From positions 527,773 through 591,772 of the forward strand of contig OY762933.1 in the NCBI GenBank assembly GCA_963666765.1: a DNA stretch of 64,000 bases, given 5' to 3'. The notes under the pieces are model-generated. The model searched no databases and was not told the DNA's origin. It was given only the letters and a program-made list of their open reading frames with translations. A program made the position numbers and the translations under genes. Of the stretch, positions 37,019 to 46,600 are shown piece after piece. Position 1 is the first letter of the stretch. Each line of letters starts with the position of its first letter. This DNA comes from Gammaproteobacteria bacterium (GTDB lineage Bacteria > Pseudomonadota > Gammaproteobacteria > Steroidobacterales > Foliamicaceae).

Positions 37019-37969
37019 TCAGGAATCCTCCACCGCGGCCTGGATTTCCGGAACGATTGCAAACAGGTCGCCCACCAGGCCGATGTCGGCGATCTCGAAG
37101 ATCGGGGCCTCCGGATCCTTGTTGATTGCCACGATCACGCCCGCGTCCTTGATCCCGGTCAGATGCTGTATGGCGCCGGATATGCCGATAGCGAAATACA
37201 GATCCGGCGCAATGATCTTGCCGGTCTGCCCCACCTGCATGTCGTTGGAAACGTAACCGGCATCCACCGCCGCGCGGGATGCGCCGACCGCGGCCCCCAG
37301 CCGGTCCGCAAGATCGTAGAGCAGCGAGAAATTCTCGGCGCTGCCCAGCGCCCGTCCGCCGGAAACGACGACGCCGGCGCTCTGCAGGTCCGGCCGTTCG
37401 GATTCGGCTGCCTTCAGTTCCAGCCAGCTTGTGTGGTCCGGCAACTCCAGGTCCTGCTCCGTATTCTCGACGGGAGCCGCACCGCCTTCGCCGGCGGCCG
37501 GCCAGGAAGCCAGCCGCGCCGTCCCCACCACGATATGTTCGGCGGGCGCCTCCACGGTAAGCACGGCGTTGCCCGCATAGATGGGGCGCTTGAACTGCCG
37601 CTCGCCCTCCACGCTCATGATGTCGCTGACCTGCGGAACGCCCAGCAGGGCCGCCACGCGCGGCATCAGGTCCTTGCCGAAGGTTGTGGACGGGCCCAGC
37701 ACATGGCTGTATCCGTCGGCGGCCAGCGCCGCCAGTTGCGGGGCCTGAATCGCGGCCACCGGGTTCGCATTCTCGCTTCGGTCCAGGCAGAGCACGCGGG
37801 TGACGCCTTCAATTTCCGCCGCCTGCCGGGCTATTCCGCCGCAATCCTGTCCGAGCACCGCCACGTCCAGCCGTTCCGCTTCGATCGCCAGGCCGCAGCT
37901 TACGGCCCTTGCGACGCCCGCGTGCAGCGTCTGCCCGTCGTGCTCGGCAACTACCAGTACCGCGCTCAC
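37019..37969 (-). CDS. etfA: Electron transfer flavoprotein alpha subunit
   Basis: [30 protein letters not shown] and GISGAIQH. Confidence 0.96.
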   Translation of the reverse strand: MSAVLVVAEHDGQTLHAGVARAVSCGLAIEAERLDVAVLGQDCGGIARQAAEIEGVTRVLCLDRSENANPVAAIQAPQLAALAADGYSHVLGPSTTFGKDLMPRVAALLGVPQVSDIMSVEGERQFKRPIYAGNAVLTVEAPAEHIVVGTARLASWPAAGEGGAAPVENTEQDLELPDHTSWLELKAAESERPDLQSAGVVVSGGRALGSAENFSLLYDLADRLGAAVGASRAAVDAGYVSNDMQVGQTGKIIAPDLYFAIGISGAIQHLTGIKDAGVIVAINKDPEAPIFEIADIGLVGDLFAIVPEIQAAVEDS

Positions 37970-37978
37970 GCCGCTACC

Positions 37979-38731
37979 TCAGTTCACCAGGCCGCGTTCG
38001 CGCAGCATTCCCATCAGGGCCGGGACGTCTTCAACCACAACGCCCTTCTGCCGCTGTGCCGGCGGCTCGTATGAGACCGCCTTCAGCGCCGGTGGCGCGG
38101 ATGGCGCAAGATCATCGGCCGACAGCGTTTCCAGCGGCTTGCTCCGGGCTTTCATGATGTCCGGCAGCTTGATGTAGCGGGGCTCATTGAGGCGCAGGTC
38201 GGTGGTGATCACCGCCGGCAACCGGATCTCCAGGGTCTCCAGGCCGGCGTCCACCTCTCGGGTCACCCGGGCCGTGTCGCCGTTCAGCTTGACCTCGGAT
38301 GCGAAGGTGGCCTGCGGGCGCCCCCACAGCGTCGCGACCATCTGGCCGGTCTGGTTGCAGTCGTCGTCGATGGCCTGCTTGCCCATGATGACGATGTCCG
38401 GTTCCTCGCGCCGTATCACCTCCAGCAGGATGCCGGCAGCCGCCAGCGGCTGCACTTCGCCTTCGCACCTGACCAGCAGGGCCCGGTCGGCGCCCATGGC
38501 CAGCCCGGTGCGAAGCTGTTGCTGGCATTCGTCGCCGCCGATCGTTACCGCGAGGATTTCACCGGCCTCGCCGCGCTCGCGCATGCGCAGGGCTTCCTCA
38601 AGCGCGATCTCGTCGAAGGGATTGACGCTCATCTTCAGGCCCTCGACAGCCATGCCGCTGCCGTCGGGCTTAACGCGCACGCGGACGTTGTAGTCCACGA
38701 CTCGCTTGAGCGTAACCAGTATCTTGCGCAT
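37979..38731 (-). CDS. etfB: Electron transfer flavoprotein beta subunit
   Basis: KRVVDY, NPFDEIA.EEA, GKQAIDDD.NQTGQM and DLRLNEPRY. Confidence 0.96.
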   Translation of the reverse strand: MRKILVTLKRVVDYNVRVRVKPDGSGMAVEGLKMSVNPFDEIALEEALRMRERGEAGEILAVTIGGDECQQQLRTGLAMGADRALLVRCEGEVQPLAAAGILLEVIRREEPDIVIMGKQAIDDDCNQTGQMVATLWGRPQATFASEVKLNGDTARVTREVDAGLETLEIRLPAVITTDLRLNEPRYIKLPDIMKARSKPLETLSADDLAPSAPPALKAVSYEPPAQRQKGVVVEDVPALMGMLRERGLVN

Positions 38732-38788
38732 TCTTCCGCGGAAACTCTGTAGCCGTTACGGAATGGCAAATTCTACCCCGCCCGTGGC

Positions 38789-38816
38789 GTATGGCACTAG
38801 GTGTATGGCACTAGGT
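38789..38816. repeat. 14-bp perfect tandem direct repeat in divergent promoter region
   Basis: GTATGGCACTAGGT x2. Confidence 0.7.
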
Positions 38817-38867
38817 AGGCATTGGCTAAATTGGACGTTAGACTATGCGCCGGACTAATGGAGGGGA

Positions 38868-39617
38868 ATGCTCATGACTGGAGCTGAAGGCGATCTCGGC
38901 CACACGATCTGGCTGATTCTTCACCTGGTGCTGTTTGCTTACTGGCTGGGTGGCGACATCGGCGTGTTTTATTCCACGCGAATGATTCTCAACCGCTCGA
39001 ACACGCCCGACCAAAGATTCATGGCGTCGCGCATCATGCTGTGGATCGACCTGTTGCCGCGGCTGTGCCTGAGCATGATGCTGACCGTAGGGGGGATCCT
39101 CTCGGAATACGTGGGCGTATCGCATCCGCCTTGGCAATACGCAATGATCGTCGTGCTGGGTCCGGTCTGGTTTACCGTGCTGCTGATCATGCATTTCAAG
39201 CACAACGCCAGCTTCATGCCGACGCTGACCAAGCTGGACCTGTGGTTCCGCTGGTTTCTGATTTTCGCCATCGTGGTCTCCGTGTGGTGGTCCGTTTCGA
39301 CCGGACGGCTGGATGACGCGCCCTGGCTTGCGCCCAAGCTGATCATCTTTGCGCTCCTGGTTCTGTGCGGCGTCATGATTCGGCTCTTCATCCCCGGGTT
39401 CATTGCCGGCGTCAGAGCGCTGAGCCAGGGCTCCATAACCGAGGAGCAGGACGACGCGATGAAGCGCAGCATCCATCGCGTGCGTCCCTGGGTGTTCGGG
39501 ATCTGGGCCGGACTGATCGTGGAGGCCTTCCTCGGCATCTACAAGCCCGGCGCGCCGGAAACCGTGGGCAACCTCATGAATGCCATTCAGGGGATAGCCG
39601 CTCCGCTGTTCGGGTAG
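38868..39617 (+). CDS. Uncharacterised multi-pass membrane protein (H-x5-YWLG family, paralogue 2)
   Basis: HLVLFAYWLGGD, WIDLLPR and WLAPKLIIFA. Strong GGAGGGG RBS upstream. Confidence 0.8.
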   Translation: MLMTGAEGDLGHTIWLILHLVLFAYWLGGDIGVFYSTRMILNRSNTPDQRFMASRIMLWIDLLPRLCLSMMLTVGGILSEYVGVSHPPWQYAMIVVLGPVWFTVLLIMHFKHNASFMPTLTKLDLWFRWFLIFAIVVSVWWSVSTGRLDDAPWLAPKLIIFALLVLCGVMIRLFIPGFIAGVRALSQGSITEEQDDAMKRSIHRVRPWVFGIWAGLIVEAFLGIYKPGAPETVGNLMNAIQGIAAPLFG

Positions 39618-39881
39618 GGCCTGTTAACGCTATGCGCTGCCGCTCTGTTGCGTCTGTCACGGCGCCAATCAAGGCGCGAGGAGCGACGTTTGGTGATTCC
39701 AAATGAGCGAGTCGCAACGCCGAGTGGCGGTGTGACAGACTCAACCCGAAGGGCCGGGGCTGTTTTCCCGCCGGGCGGCGTTGCCGCGCGCTTGTGTGGG
39801 CCGGCCACACGGCGCTTGCGGCGCCTTGCCGGGCAAGAAAACAGCCCCGGCAGAGCGGCAGCGCATAGCGTTAACAGGCCC
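39617..39881. mobile_element. Non-autonomous MITE with 31-bp terminal inverted repeats and TA target duplication
   Basis: TA|GGGCCTGTTAACGCTATGCGCTGCCGCTCTG ... CAGAGCGGCAGCGCATAGCGTTAACAGGCCC|TA is a perfect match. Two internal hairpins and no transposase. Confidence 0.85.
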
Positions 39882-39885
39882 TAGA

Positions 39886-40440
39886 ATGCCGCAACCTCAA
39901 TTGCCGCGGATCGCTCCGGAGGACATGCCGGAGCACATCCGGCAGGGATGGGAGCGATCCATGGCCCTGCGCGGGGACGCGACGTGGTTTGAGATCATGG
40001 CGCATGCGCCTGAACTGTACGACTGGTACGGCGAGTTCTACGAACGCCTGTTCCATGGCGGCCGCGTGGAGCGGGTCATCAAGGAACTGGCCCGCCTGCG
40101 CCTGTCCACCACGCACGGCTGCCGGTTCTGCAACCAGGGCAACCGTCCGGACGCTCTGGCCGCGGGAGTGACCCAGGAACAGATCAATCAACTGGACGAA
40201 TATGAAAACGGCCCGTTCTCCGAGCGGGAGCGGGCCGCTCTCGCCCTGGCCGATCAGATGGTGCTCACCAATCCTTCCGGCTCGCTGGATGAGGCGCTGC
40301 ATGAGCGCCTCAAGCAGCATTTCAGTCCGGCGGAGATCATGGAGCTGGGCATGGTCATGGCGGTGCTGACCGGCATGGCCAAGATGCTGTTCACCTTCGA
40401 CCTGGTGGAGAAAGAAGACTCCTGCCCATTTCCTGCGTAA
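39886..40440 (+). CDS. Carboxymuconolactone decarboxylase/AhpD family protein
   Basis: KELARLRLS..HGCRFC, FSERERAAL..AD and HFS.AEI.EL. Confidence 0.85.
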   Translation: MPQPQLPRIAPEDMPEHIRQGWERSMALRGDATWFEIMAHAPELYDWYGEFYERLFHGGRVERVIKELARLRLSTTHGCRFCNQGNRPDALAAGVTQEQINQLDEYENGPFSERERAALALADQMVLTNPSGSLDEALHERLKQHFSPAEIMELGMVMAVLTGMAKMLFTFDLVEKEDSCPFPA

Positions 40441-40447
40441 GTCCCGG

Positions 40448-41011
40448 CTAGAAGCTGGAGTCGGGCTCGGTAAGGAATTCCAGTTCTTCGGGGGTGGACT
40501 CGCGTCCCAGCGCTTCGTTACGGTGCGGGAAACGGCCGAAGCGTTCGATGATGACGAAGTGCTTGCGCGCCCAGTCCAGGTCCTCTCCGACGGGATCCAG
40601 GCGCTTGGCCATCAGCTTCATGCAGAGCCGCTGGTCGTTGAGGTCCTCGCTGTGCTCAAACGGCAGGTAGAGGAACTTTCGCATGTCCCTGCTCACGTCC
40701 TCCTCCAGGTCGCGCCCCATATCGATGGCTTGGCGGGCTATTTCCAGCGCCTTCGCGTCGGTCGCGAACGCTCGCGCATCATTGCGAAACAGGTTGCGCG
40801 GAAACTGGTCCAGCAACAGGCAGAGGGCCACGCAACCCGCACCGCTGTCTTGCCAATTGTCGTAGTCGCCATGTGCGGCGGCCTCGTAGTCGGCGAAGAA
40901 GCGCTCGCCTATCGTCCGGTCGAAATCGTCGCTCCTGGCGAACCACAGTTCCGGGCCGGAATCCTCGAACCAGAAACGAAGCAGTTCCTGGATTAAGACA
41001 TTCTGACTCAA
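40448..41011 (-). CDS. DUF924 family protein
   Basis: FWF, LLDQFPRN.FR, FLYLPFEHSE and I.RFGRFPHRN..LGREST.EE. Confidence 0.92.
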   Translation of the reverse strand: MSQNVLIQELLRFWFEDSGPELWFARSDDFDRTIGERFFADYEAAAHGDYDNWQDSGAGCVALCLLLDQFPRNLFRNDARAFATDAKALEIARQAIDMGRDLEEDVSRDMRKFLYLPFEHSEDLNDQRLCMKLMAKRLDPVGEDLDWARKHFVIIERFGRFPHRNEALGRESTPEELEFLTEPDSSF

Positions 41012-41048
41012 GCTCTTGTCCTGGTTCAGCGAGTACGCAAGGAAATCA

Positions 41049-41148
41049 CGGGAGAAAGGCGTCTTCCCGGAGCCGAGGGCATCCCGCCTTCGTGGAGGGC
41101 GGGACGCCGTGAGGGCAGTGTCGTGGGGGTCATGCCCCCACTCCCGGG
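41049..41148. repeat. Cluster of degenerate REP-like units
   Basis: GAGGGCATCCCGCCTTC / GAGGGCGGGACGCC inverted pair plus flanking GGGAG...CTCCC. Confidence 0.55.
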
Positions 41149-41150
41149 CC

Positions 41151-42170
41151 TTAAGCGAATTGCACCAGCGCCTTGCCCACGTTCTTGCCGTGCATCAGCC
41201 GGCAGAACGCATCGGGCGCCTTTTCGATGCCTTTGGCGATGTCCTCGCGGTAGCGGATCCGTCCCTCCTGAAGCCAGCGGGTGCAGGCGCGGAGAAAGTC
41301 CTGCTGCTTGTCTTCGTGGTCGTAGACCACCAGTCCTCGCACGGTCGCTCGGGCCATGACCAGCGGGATCAGGCTGGGACCCGGCGGCGGCGGCCCGGTA
41401 TTGTTGTAGCCGCTCATCATGCCGCACAGCACGACCCTCGCGCCCTGGGCAAGATTGGCCATTGCCGCGGTCAGGACTTCGCCGCCGACATTGTCGAAAT
41501 AGATATCGATGCCCTCCGGGCACGCCGCCTTCAGCTTCTCGCCGAGGTCGCCGGTCTTGTAATCGACACATTCCGCAAAGCCGAACTCGTCCTTGACGAT
41601 GGCGCACTTCTCCGGCCCGCCGGCGATGCCTACCGCCCGGCAGCCGGCAATGCGCGCCAGTTGCCCCACCATGCTGCCGACGGGGCCGCATGCCGCCGAC
41701 ACGAGCACGGTCTCGCCCGGCATCGGTTCGCCCAGGTGCAGGAGTCCAGCCCAGGCCGTCAGCCCCGGCATGCCCAGTATTCCTATTCCCGTACTGACGG
41801 GCGCGGCGTCGGGATCAAGCTTCCGCAGGTCGATGGCGCCGGTGCTCAGCCCGTATTCCCGCCAGCCGTTGGAGCAGACCGCGATGTCGCCGGGAGCGAA
41901 GTCCGGGTGGCGGGATTCGACCACCTGCGCCACCGTGCGGCCCGGCATGACATCGCCCGGGCTGACCTTCTCGGCATAGAGGTGGCGCCCCGAAATGACC
42001 CCACGCAGGTACGGATCCAGCGAAAGGTAGAGCGTGCGCGAGAGGAATTCCCCGTCCGCGGGTTGCGGCACCGGTCCTTCGGCCAGTTCGAAGTCGGAAG
42101 TCTCGGGTACGCCTTCCGGGTAGCGGCGGAGCAATACCTGCCGCTGCGTTTCCGGGATGGTCGGGCTCAA
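41151..42170 (-). CDS. NADP-dependent MDR oxidoreductase (CurA/prostaglandin reductase-like)
   Basis: YLSLDPYLR, LGMPGLTAW, SAA.GPVGS, GID.YFDNVGG and G.NVGK. Confidence 0.9.
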   Translation of the reverse strand: MSPTIPETQRQVLLRRYPEGVPETSDFELAEGPVPQPADGEFLSRTLYLSLDPYLRGVISGRHLYAEKVSPGDVMPGRTVAQVVESRHPDFAPGDIAVCSNGWREYGLSTGAIDLRKLDPDAAPVSTGIGILGMPGLTAWAGLLHLGEPMPGETVLVSAACGPVGSMVGQLARIAGCRAVGIAGGPEKCAIVKDEFGFAECVDYKTGDLGEKLKAACPEGIDIYFDNVGGEVLTAAMANLAQGARVVLCGMMSGYNNTGPPPPGPSLIPLVMARATVRGLVVYDHEDKQQDFLRACTRWLQEGRIRYREDIAKGIEKAPDAFCRLMHGKNVGKALVQFA

Positions 42171-42649
42171 AGCTGTTCTAGTGCGGCTTCGGCCGAGGAA
42201 CAGCTCAGTCCCCCGCCTTCCTCGACATTCAGCTCCGTGACGACCCCGTCCTCAACAACGATGGAAAATCGCTGGCCGCGTGTTCCCATGCCGAACCCGG
42301 AAGCATCCAGCTCCAGGCCCAGGGCCCGCGTGTAATCGCCATTGCCGTCGGCCAGCATCATGACCGTGTCGCCTGCGCCTGCGGAACGCCCCCAGGCGTC
42401 CATTACAAACACATCGTTGACCGCCATGCAGGCGATCTGGTCCACTCCCTTGCCCTGCAGGGCATCGGCGTTGTTGATGTAGCCTGGCAGGTGCTCGTTG
42501 GAGCAGGTGGGCGTAAATGCGCCGGGTACGGAAAAAAGAACAACTTTCCTGCCCTTGAACAACTCGTCGGTAGTGACCCGACCGGGGCGGCCGTCGGTCA
42601 TGACGCCGAACCCGCCTTCGGGCATTGCCTGGCCTTTCTCAATACTCAT
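42167..42649 (-). CDS. Peroxiredoxin (Prx5/type II)
   Basis: VPGAFTPTCS..HLPG, VNDVFVM.AW and LADGN. Confidence 0.93.
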   Translation of the reverse strand: MSIEKGQAMPEGGFGVMTDGRPGRVTTDELFKGRKVVLFSVPGAFTPTCSNEHLPGYINNADALQGKGVDQIACMAVNDVFVMDAWGRSAGAGDTVMMLADGNGDYTRALGLELDASGFGMGTRGQRFSIVVEDGVVTELNVEEGGGLSCSSAEAALEQL

Positions 42650-42770
42650 TGCTGATCCTCCCGGAAACCGAAAAAGAAGCGACATTCTAATCCAGCGAAC
42701 CGGCGACGAAGCAGGCGGCAACGCCAATTCCGATTGCCGTCGCGTGCTCGCCACGGCATACAATCGCGCC

Positions 42771-43619
42771 ATGCGAATGTCGGCCGAAGAGTTTCGTAAA
42801 GCGCCGCGCAAGGCTGTCACCTTGATGGGCATGTCCGGCGTGGGCAAGACGGTGCTCGCCAACCGCCTGCCGGCGACCCGCTGGTTCATCTATTCCGGCG
42901 ACTACCGTATCGGCACCCAGTACCTGCGCGAGCCGATACTCGACAACATCAAGCTGCGGGCCATGGAAGTGCCGTTTCTGCGCGACCTGCTTCGCAGCGA
43001 CTCCATCTACATCGAAAGCAACATCACCGTGCACAACCTTCGGCCCATCTCCACGTTTTTGGGCAAGCTGGGCGATCCCGATCGCGGCGGGCTCTCGATC
43101 GCGGAGTTTCGCCGGCGCCAGGAACTGCATCATGACGCGGAAGTACAGGCGATGCGCGACGTGGCGCCGTTTATCGAGAAGGCCGAGCGCATCTACGGCT
43201 ACATGCACTTTGTGAATGACGCGGGCGGCAGCATTTGCGAACTGGGGGATTCGCGCGCGCTGGAGACACTGATCGACAACACCGTGATTCTTTATATCAA
43301 GGCATCGGCCGCGGACGAGGAAAAGCTGGTGGAGCGCGCCCGCAAGGCGCCCAAGCCCATGTATTACTCCCCCGAATTTCTGCAGAGATCTTTGCCGGAA
43401 TTCCTGAGGGAACGCAATCTTGACGACGTCGCCAGGGCCGCGCCCGACGATTTCACGCTATGGGCCTTCCCGCGATTGATCGCCCACCGCCGGCCCCTGT
43501 ATGCCGCTCTGGCCAGAGAGCACGGCTACACGGTGTCCGCGCGCGACGCTCAGGACATCCGAACTGAAGCCGACTTCGTGGAACTGGTGGCGGACGCCAT
43601 TCGCGCCGGCGGCGTTTAG
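42771..43619 (+). CDS. Uncharacterised P-loop ATPase/kinase-like protein
   Basis: GMSGVGKT Walker A, DYRIGT.Y, DAGGSICE and PKPMYY. Confidence 0.8.
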   Translation: MRMSAEEFRKAPRKAVTLMGMSGVGKTVLANRLPATRWFIYSGDYRIGTQYLREPILDNIKLRAMEVPFLRDLLRSDSIYIESNITVHNLRPISTFLGKLGDPDRGGLSIAEFRRRQELHHDAEVQAMRDVAPFIEKAERIYGYMHFVNDAGGSICELGDSRALETLIDNTVILYIKASAADEEKLVERARKAPKPMYYSPEFLQRSLPEFLRERNLDDVARAAPDDFTLWAFPRLIAHRRPLYAALAREHGYTVSARDAQDIRTEADFVELVADAIRAGGV

Positions 43620-43659
43620 CCGCCGGTCACCGAACGCCGCGAGCGTTTGTTCACGTGTT

Positions 43660-43684
43660 GAGGGCGGGACGCCCTCGTTCCCGG
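43660..43684. repeat. REP-like palindrome (best-conserved copy)
   Basis: GAGGGCGGGACGCCCTCGTTCCCGG between convergent genes. Confidence 0.65.
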
Positions 43685-43687
43685 AGG

Positions 43688-46600
43688 CTAATCGTTGTCC
43701 TGGGTTACCCGAATCTGGAGGTAATAGTTGCGCCCGTACTCGATACCCTGGTGGGCGTCTGCAAAAAAGCCGAAATAACGATCCGCCAGCGGTGCTCGCT
43801 TGTCGAATAGGTTGTTAATTCCGAGGCGCAGCCGCCAATCCCGGTCAACCATGTCCCAGTTGTAGTCGAAGGTGGCGTTCCAGGTCGTTACCGAGGGAAT
43901 CCAGTAGAGGCTGCCGTCGTCCAACGTCAGCGAGTTCTGGTAGAAATCTCCCAGGTTTCGCGCCGACAGGCCGACTCTGAACGGGTTGCGGCGCCATGAG
44001 AGGAACAGTGTCTGCCGGACCTTCTGGTTGCCGTCCTTCTGCAGGAGATCGGCAAACCCCGAGACGGGAATGCTGGCCGGAATTGTGCCCGCTTCCGTTG
44101 CGGCGACCAGTTCGGCAGCCCTGCCGCCGGGAACCTGCTCGAACTTGGTCAGGAAAGAGGCGAGGTAGGTCAGGCTGAAATCGCCGATGCCCGTTTCCAC
44201 CGAATAACGCAGGCTGGCGTCCCAGCCCTTGAGCGTGCGTGTATCGAGGTTGACGTAGTTGTCGTCGATGTAGCGTATCAGGCCAGCAGGGCAAATCCCC
44301 GCGGCCTGGTAGACCGCCGCCTCATCATCGCTGAGTGTGTCCGCCCCCTCACGCACGACCGCCGGGTTGGCGCTGAGGCTCCCGCAGTTGCCGGGGCCGT
44401 GTTCCAGGCGCGCCAGCAGGTCAAGCACCGTGTGGTTTTCCTCGCCCAGCAGCCCGATCGTATCTTCCTTCTTGATTGACCACCAATCCAGCGTCAGGGT
44501 CAAAGTTTCCAGCGGTTGCACGACGATACCGAAAGAATAGTTGTCGGAGCGCTCCGGCTCCAGCAGCTTGCTGCCCTGCGCAATGCGCTGGGTGCTGTTC
44601 CTGCAGTCCACAATATCCTGATCGGGATCGCCCCCGACGTTCGCGGCAAACACGCAGGCGTAATCGTTCCGGGTGTTCTGACGCGCCACGATCACCTCGT
44701 TGATCGTGATCAGGTTCGGGGCGCGAAATGCTTTCGACCAGGACCCGCGCAACAGCACGGACGGCGCGACTTGCCAGCCGATCGCGAATTTGGGTACCAC
44801 CGTGCTGCCCACATCGGAGAAGTCCTCATATCGCGCCGCCAGTTGAACGTTGATGTTGTTCATCAGCGGCAACTGCAGTTCCGTGAACACGGACGCGACG
44901 TTGCGGCTGCCGGAGTTGTCCGGCGTGGGGCTGGAGTTGACCACGTCCGATACATAGGGAAAGGTGTCACCCTGGAAATCCGTGAAAACGAAGGTCCCGT
45001 CCAACCGTGGGTCGCGATCATCCTCGAAGGTTTCGCGACGGAACTCCACTCCGGCCACACCTCCTGCCGGGCCCCAGGGAAGATCGAAAAGTTCCGGTGT
45101 GGACACCTGAAAATCGCCCATCGCAAGCGTGGTTTCGTTGTTCCGGTAAACATCCACCAGGGCGCGCTCGATGTTGCTGTTCACGCCGGCGCTGAAGGGG
45201 TTGTACGCTGCCGGAGTCGGATCCGAAAGCGCTTCCACCATCAACAGATTGGAAACGCGGTTTCTCGTCAGGTCATCCTTCTCGGCGCGGGACCACACGG
45301 CCGCGCCTTCCCAGTCCCACTTGCCCGCCGAGCCCCTCAAACCCGTCAGCAGGCGCACAACATTGCCGTCGTTTTCCACGATTCGGGGAAACTCGAGGAA
45401 CCTGAGGTTGTCGATCTCCAGCTCCAGGCCTTCACAGGGCACCTGGCTCGGCAGATTCGGCAAGCGATTGGGCGATCCGCAAGGGCCGAAGGGGTTGTAA
45501 TAGTTGTCGGCTGAAACCCGCAGCTTCACCGTGCCGAAAGGCGCCGAAGCATGCCGGAAGAGGTGCGTGTCCGACATGTAGTACAGCAGTTCCGAGAAGC
45601 TCTCCATGCCGTTTTCGAACTCATGGTTGAGAAACAGGAACATGGTTCCCCGCTTGAGGTCGGAAGAAAGATCGCGGGTCTCGTTGATGTTGTGCCGGTA
45701 GATCGGATCGCCATCAATCGCGCCGCAGTTTCCATACCCGAGATCCCAGTCACAGTCCTCATGACCCTGGGGATACACCTGGAATTCGCCGATGGTGTCG
45801 GTGAGCACGTTGCGCAATCCGGTGCTGCGCGCACTCGCCAGCACGTCGAACTGACCGTAGAAAGAGTTGATGCTGTTGTTGCGAAAGCGCGTATCGCCTG
45901 CCCAGGGAGAGTCCTCCGGCACCCGCCGGCGGAAGTCCGCGTCGGCCCAGCGCTCATCTTCGTGCGCGCTGATTCGGTCGCGAGCGTAATAATTCGCCAG
46001 GACACCGACGCGTGTCCGTTCCCCGTTGAAGGAATCGCCCCATTCCAGGGCAACGCGCTGGGTATCCCGGCTGACATGGTCGTACGAGCCGTAACGCAGG
46101 TAAACCCGCAAATGATCGATGTCGTCCCTGACAACATAATTGACAACACCTGCAACTGCGTCCGCGCCATAGAGAGCCGATGCGCCGTCCTTGAGGATTT
46201 CCAGCCGGTCCATGCCGTAAATCGGAATGGTCTGCGTATTGGCCGTGTTGACGGGGACGAAGCTACCTCCGACTTCCTCGGTCTGAAAGCTGGCGGCGTT
46301 CACGACACGGCGGCCGTTGAACAGCACCAGCGTATTACCGGTGCCCAGGCTGCGCAGATTGAAAGCGCCGATGTCGCCGCGGGCCGAATTGACGCCGCCG
46401 CTGATGTTCTCGGCTTCGTTGAAGAAGTTCTGGCCCTGCTCGGGGATGAACTGCATCAGGTCGTCGCCGGACTCCACGCCCGTTGCCTCGATTTCTTCCG
46501 CACCGATCACGGAAACGGGCAGTGCGCCGGTGATATTGGCGCCCTTGATGTGGCTGCCGGTGACGACGATTTCCTCGATTCCCTCCTCTTCGGCCTGGTC

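Noticed and set aside
36206-38074. Long plus-strand ORF (622 aa), and similar ones at 25931-27649, 28120-29694, 47089-48717 and 45551-46867
   Set aside because: These are antisense shadows of well-supported minus-strand genes. They are expected in high-GC DNA and carry no recognisable motifs.
39648-39885. Small ORFs inside the MITE and the 39781 upstream start of the AhpD-like gene
   Set aside because: They derive from palindromic element DNA. Protein homology begins at ATG 39886.
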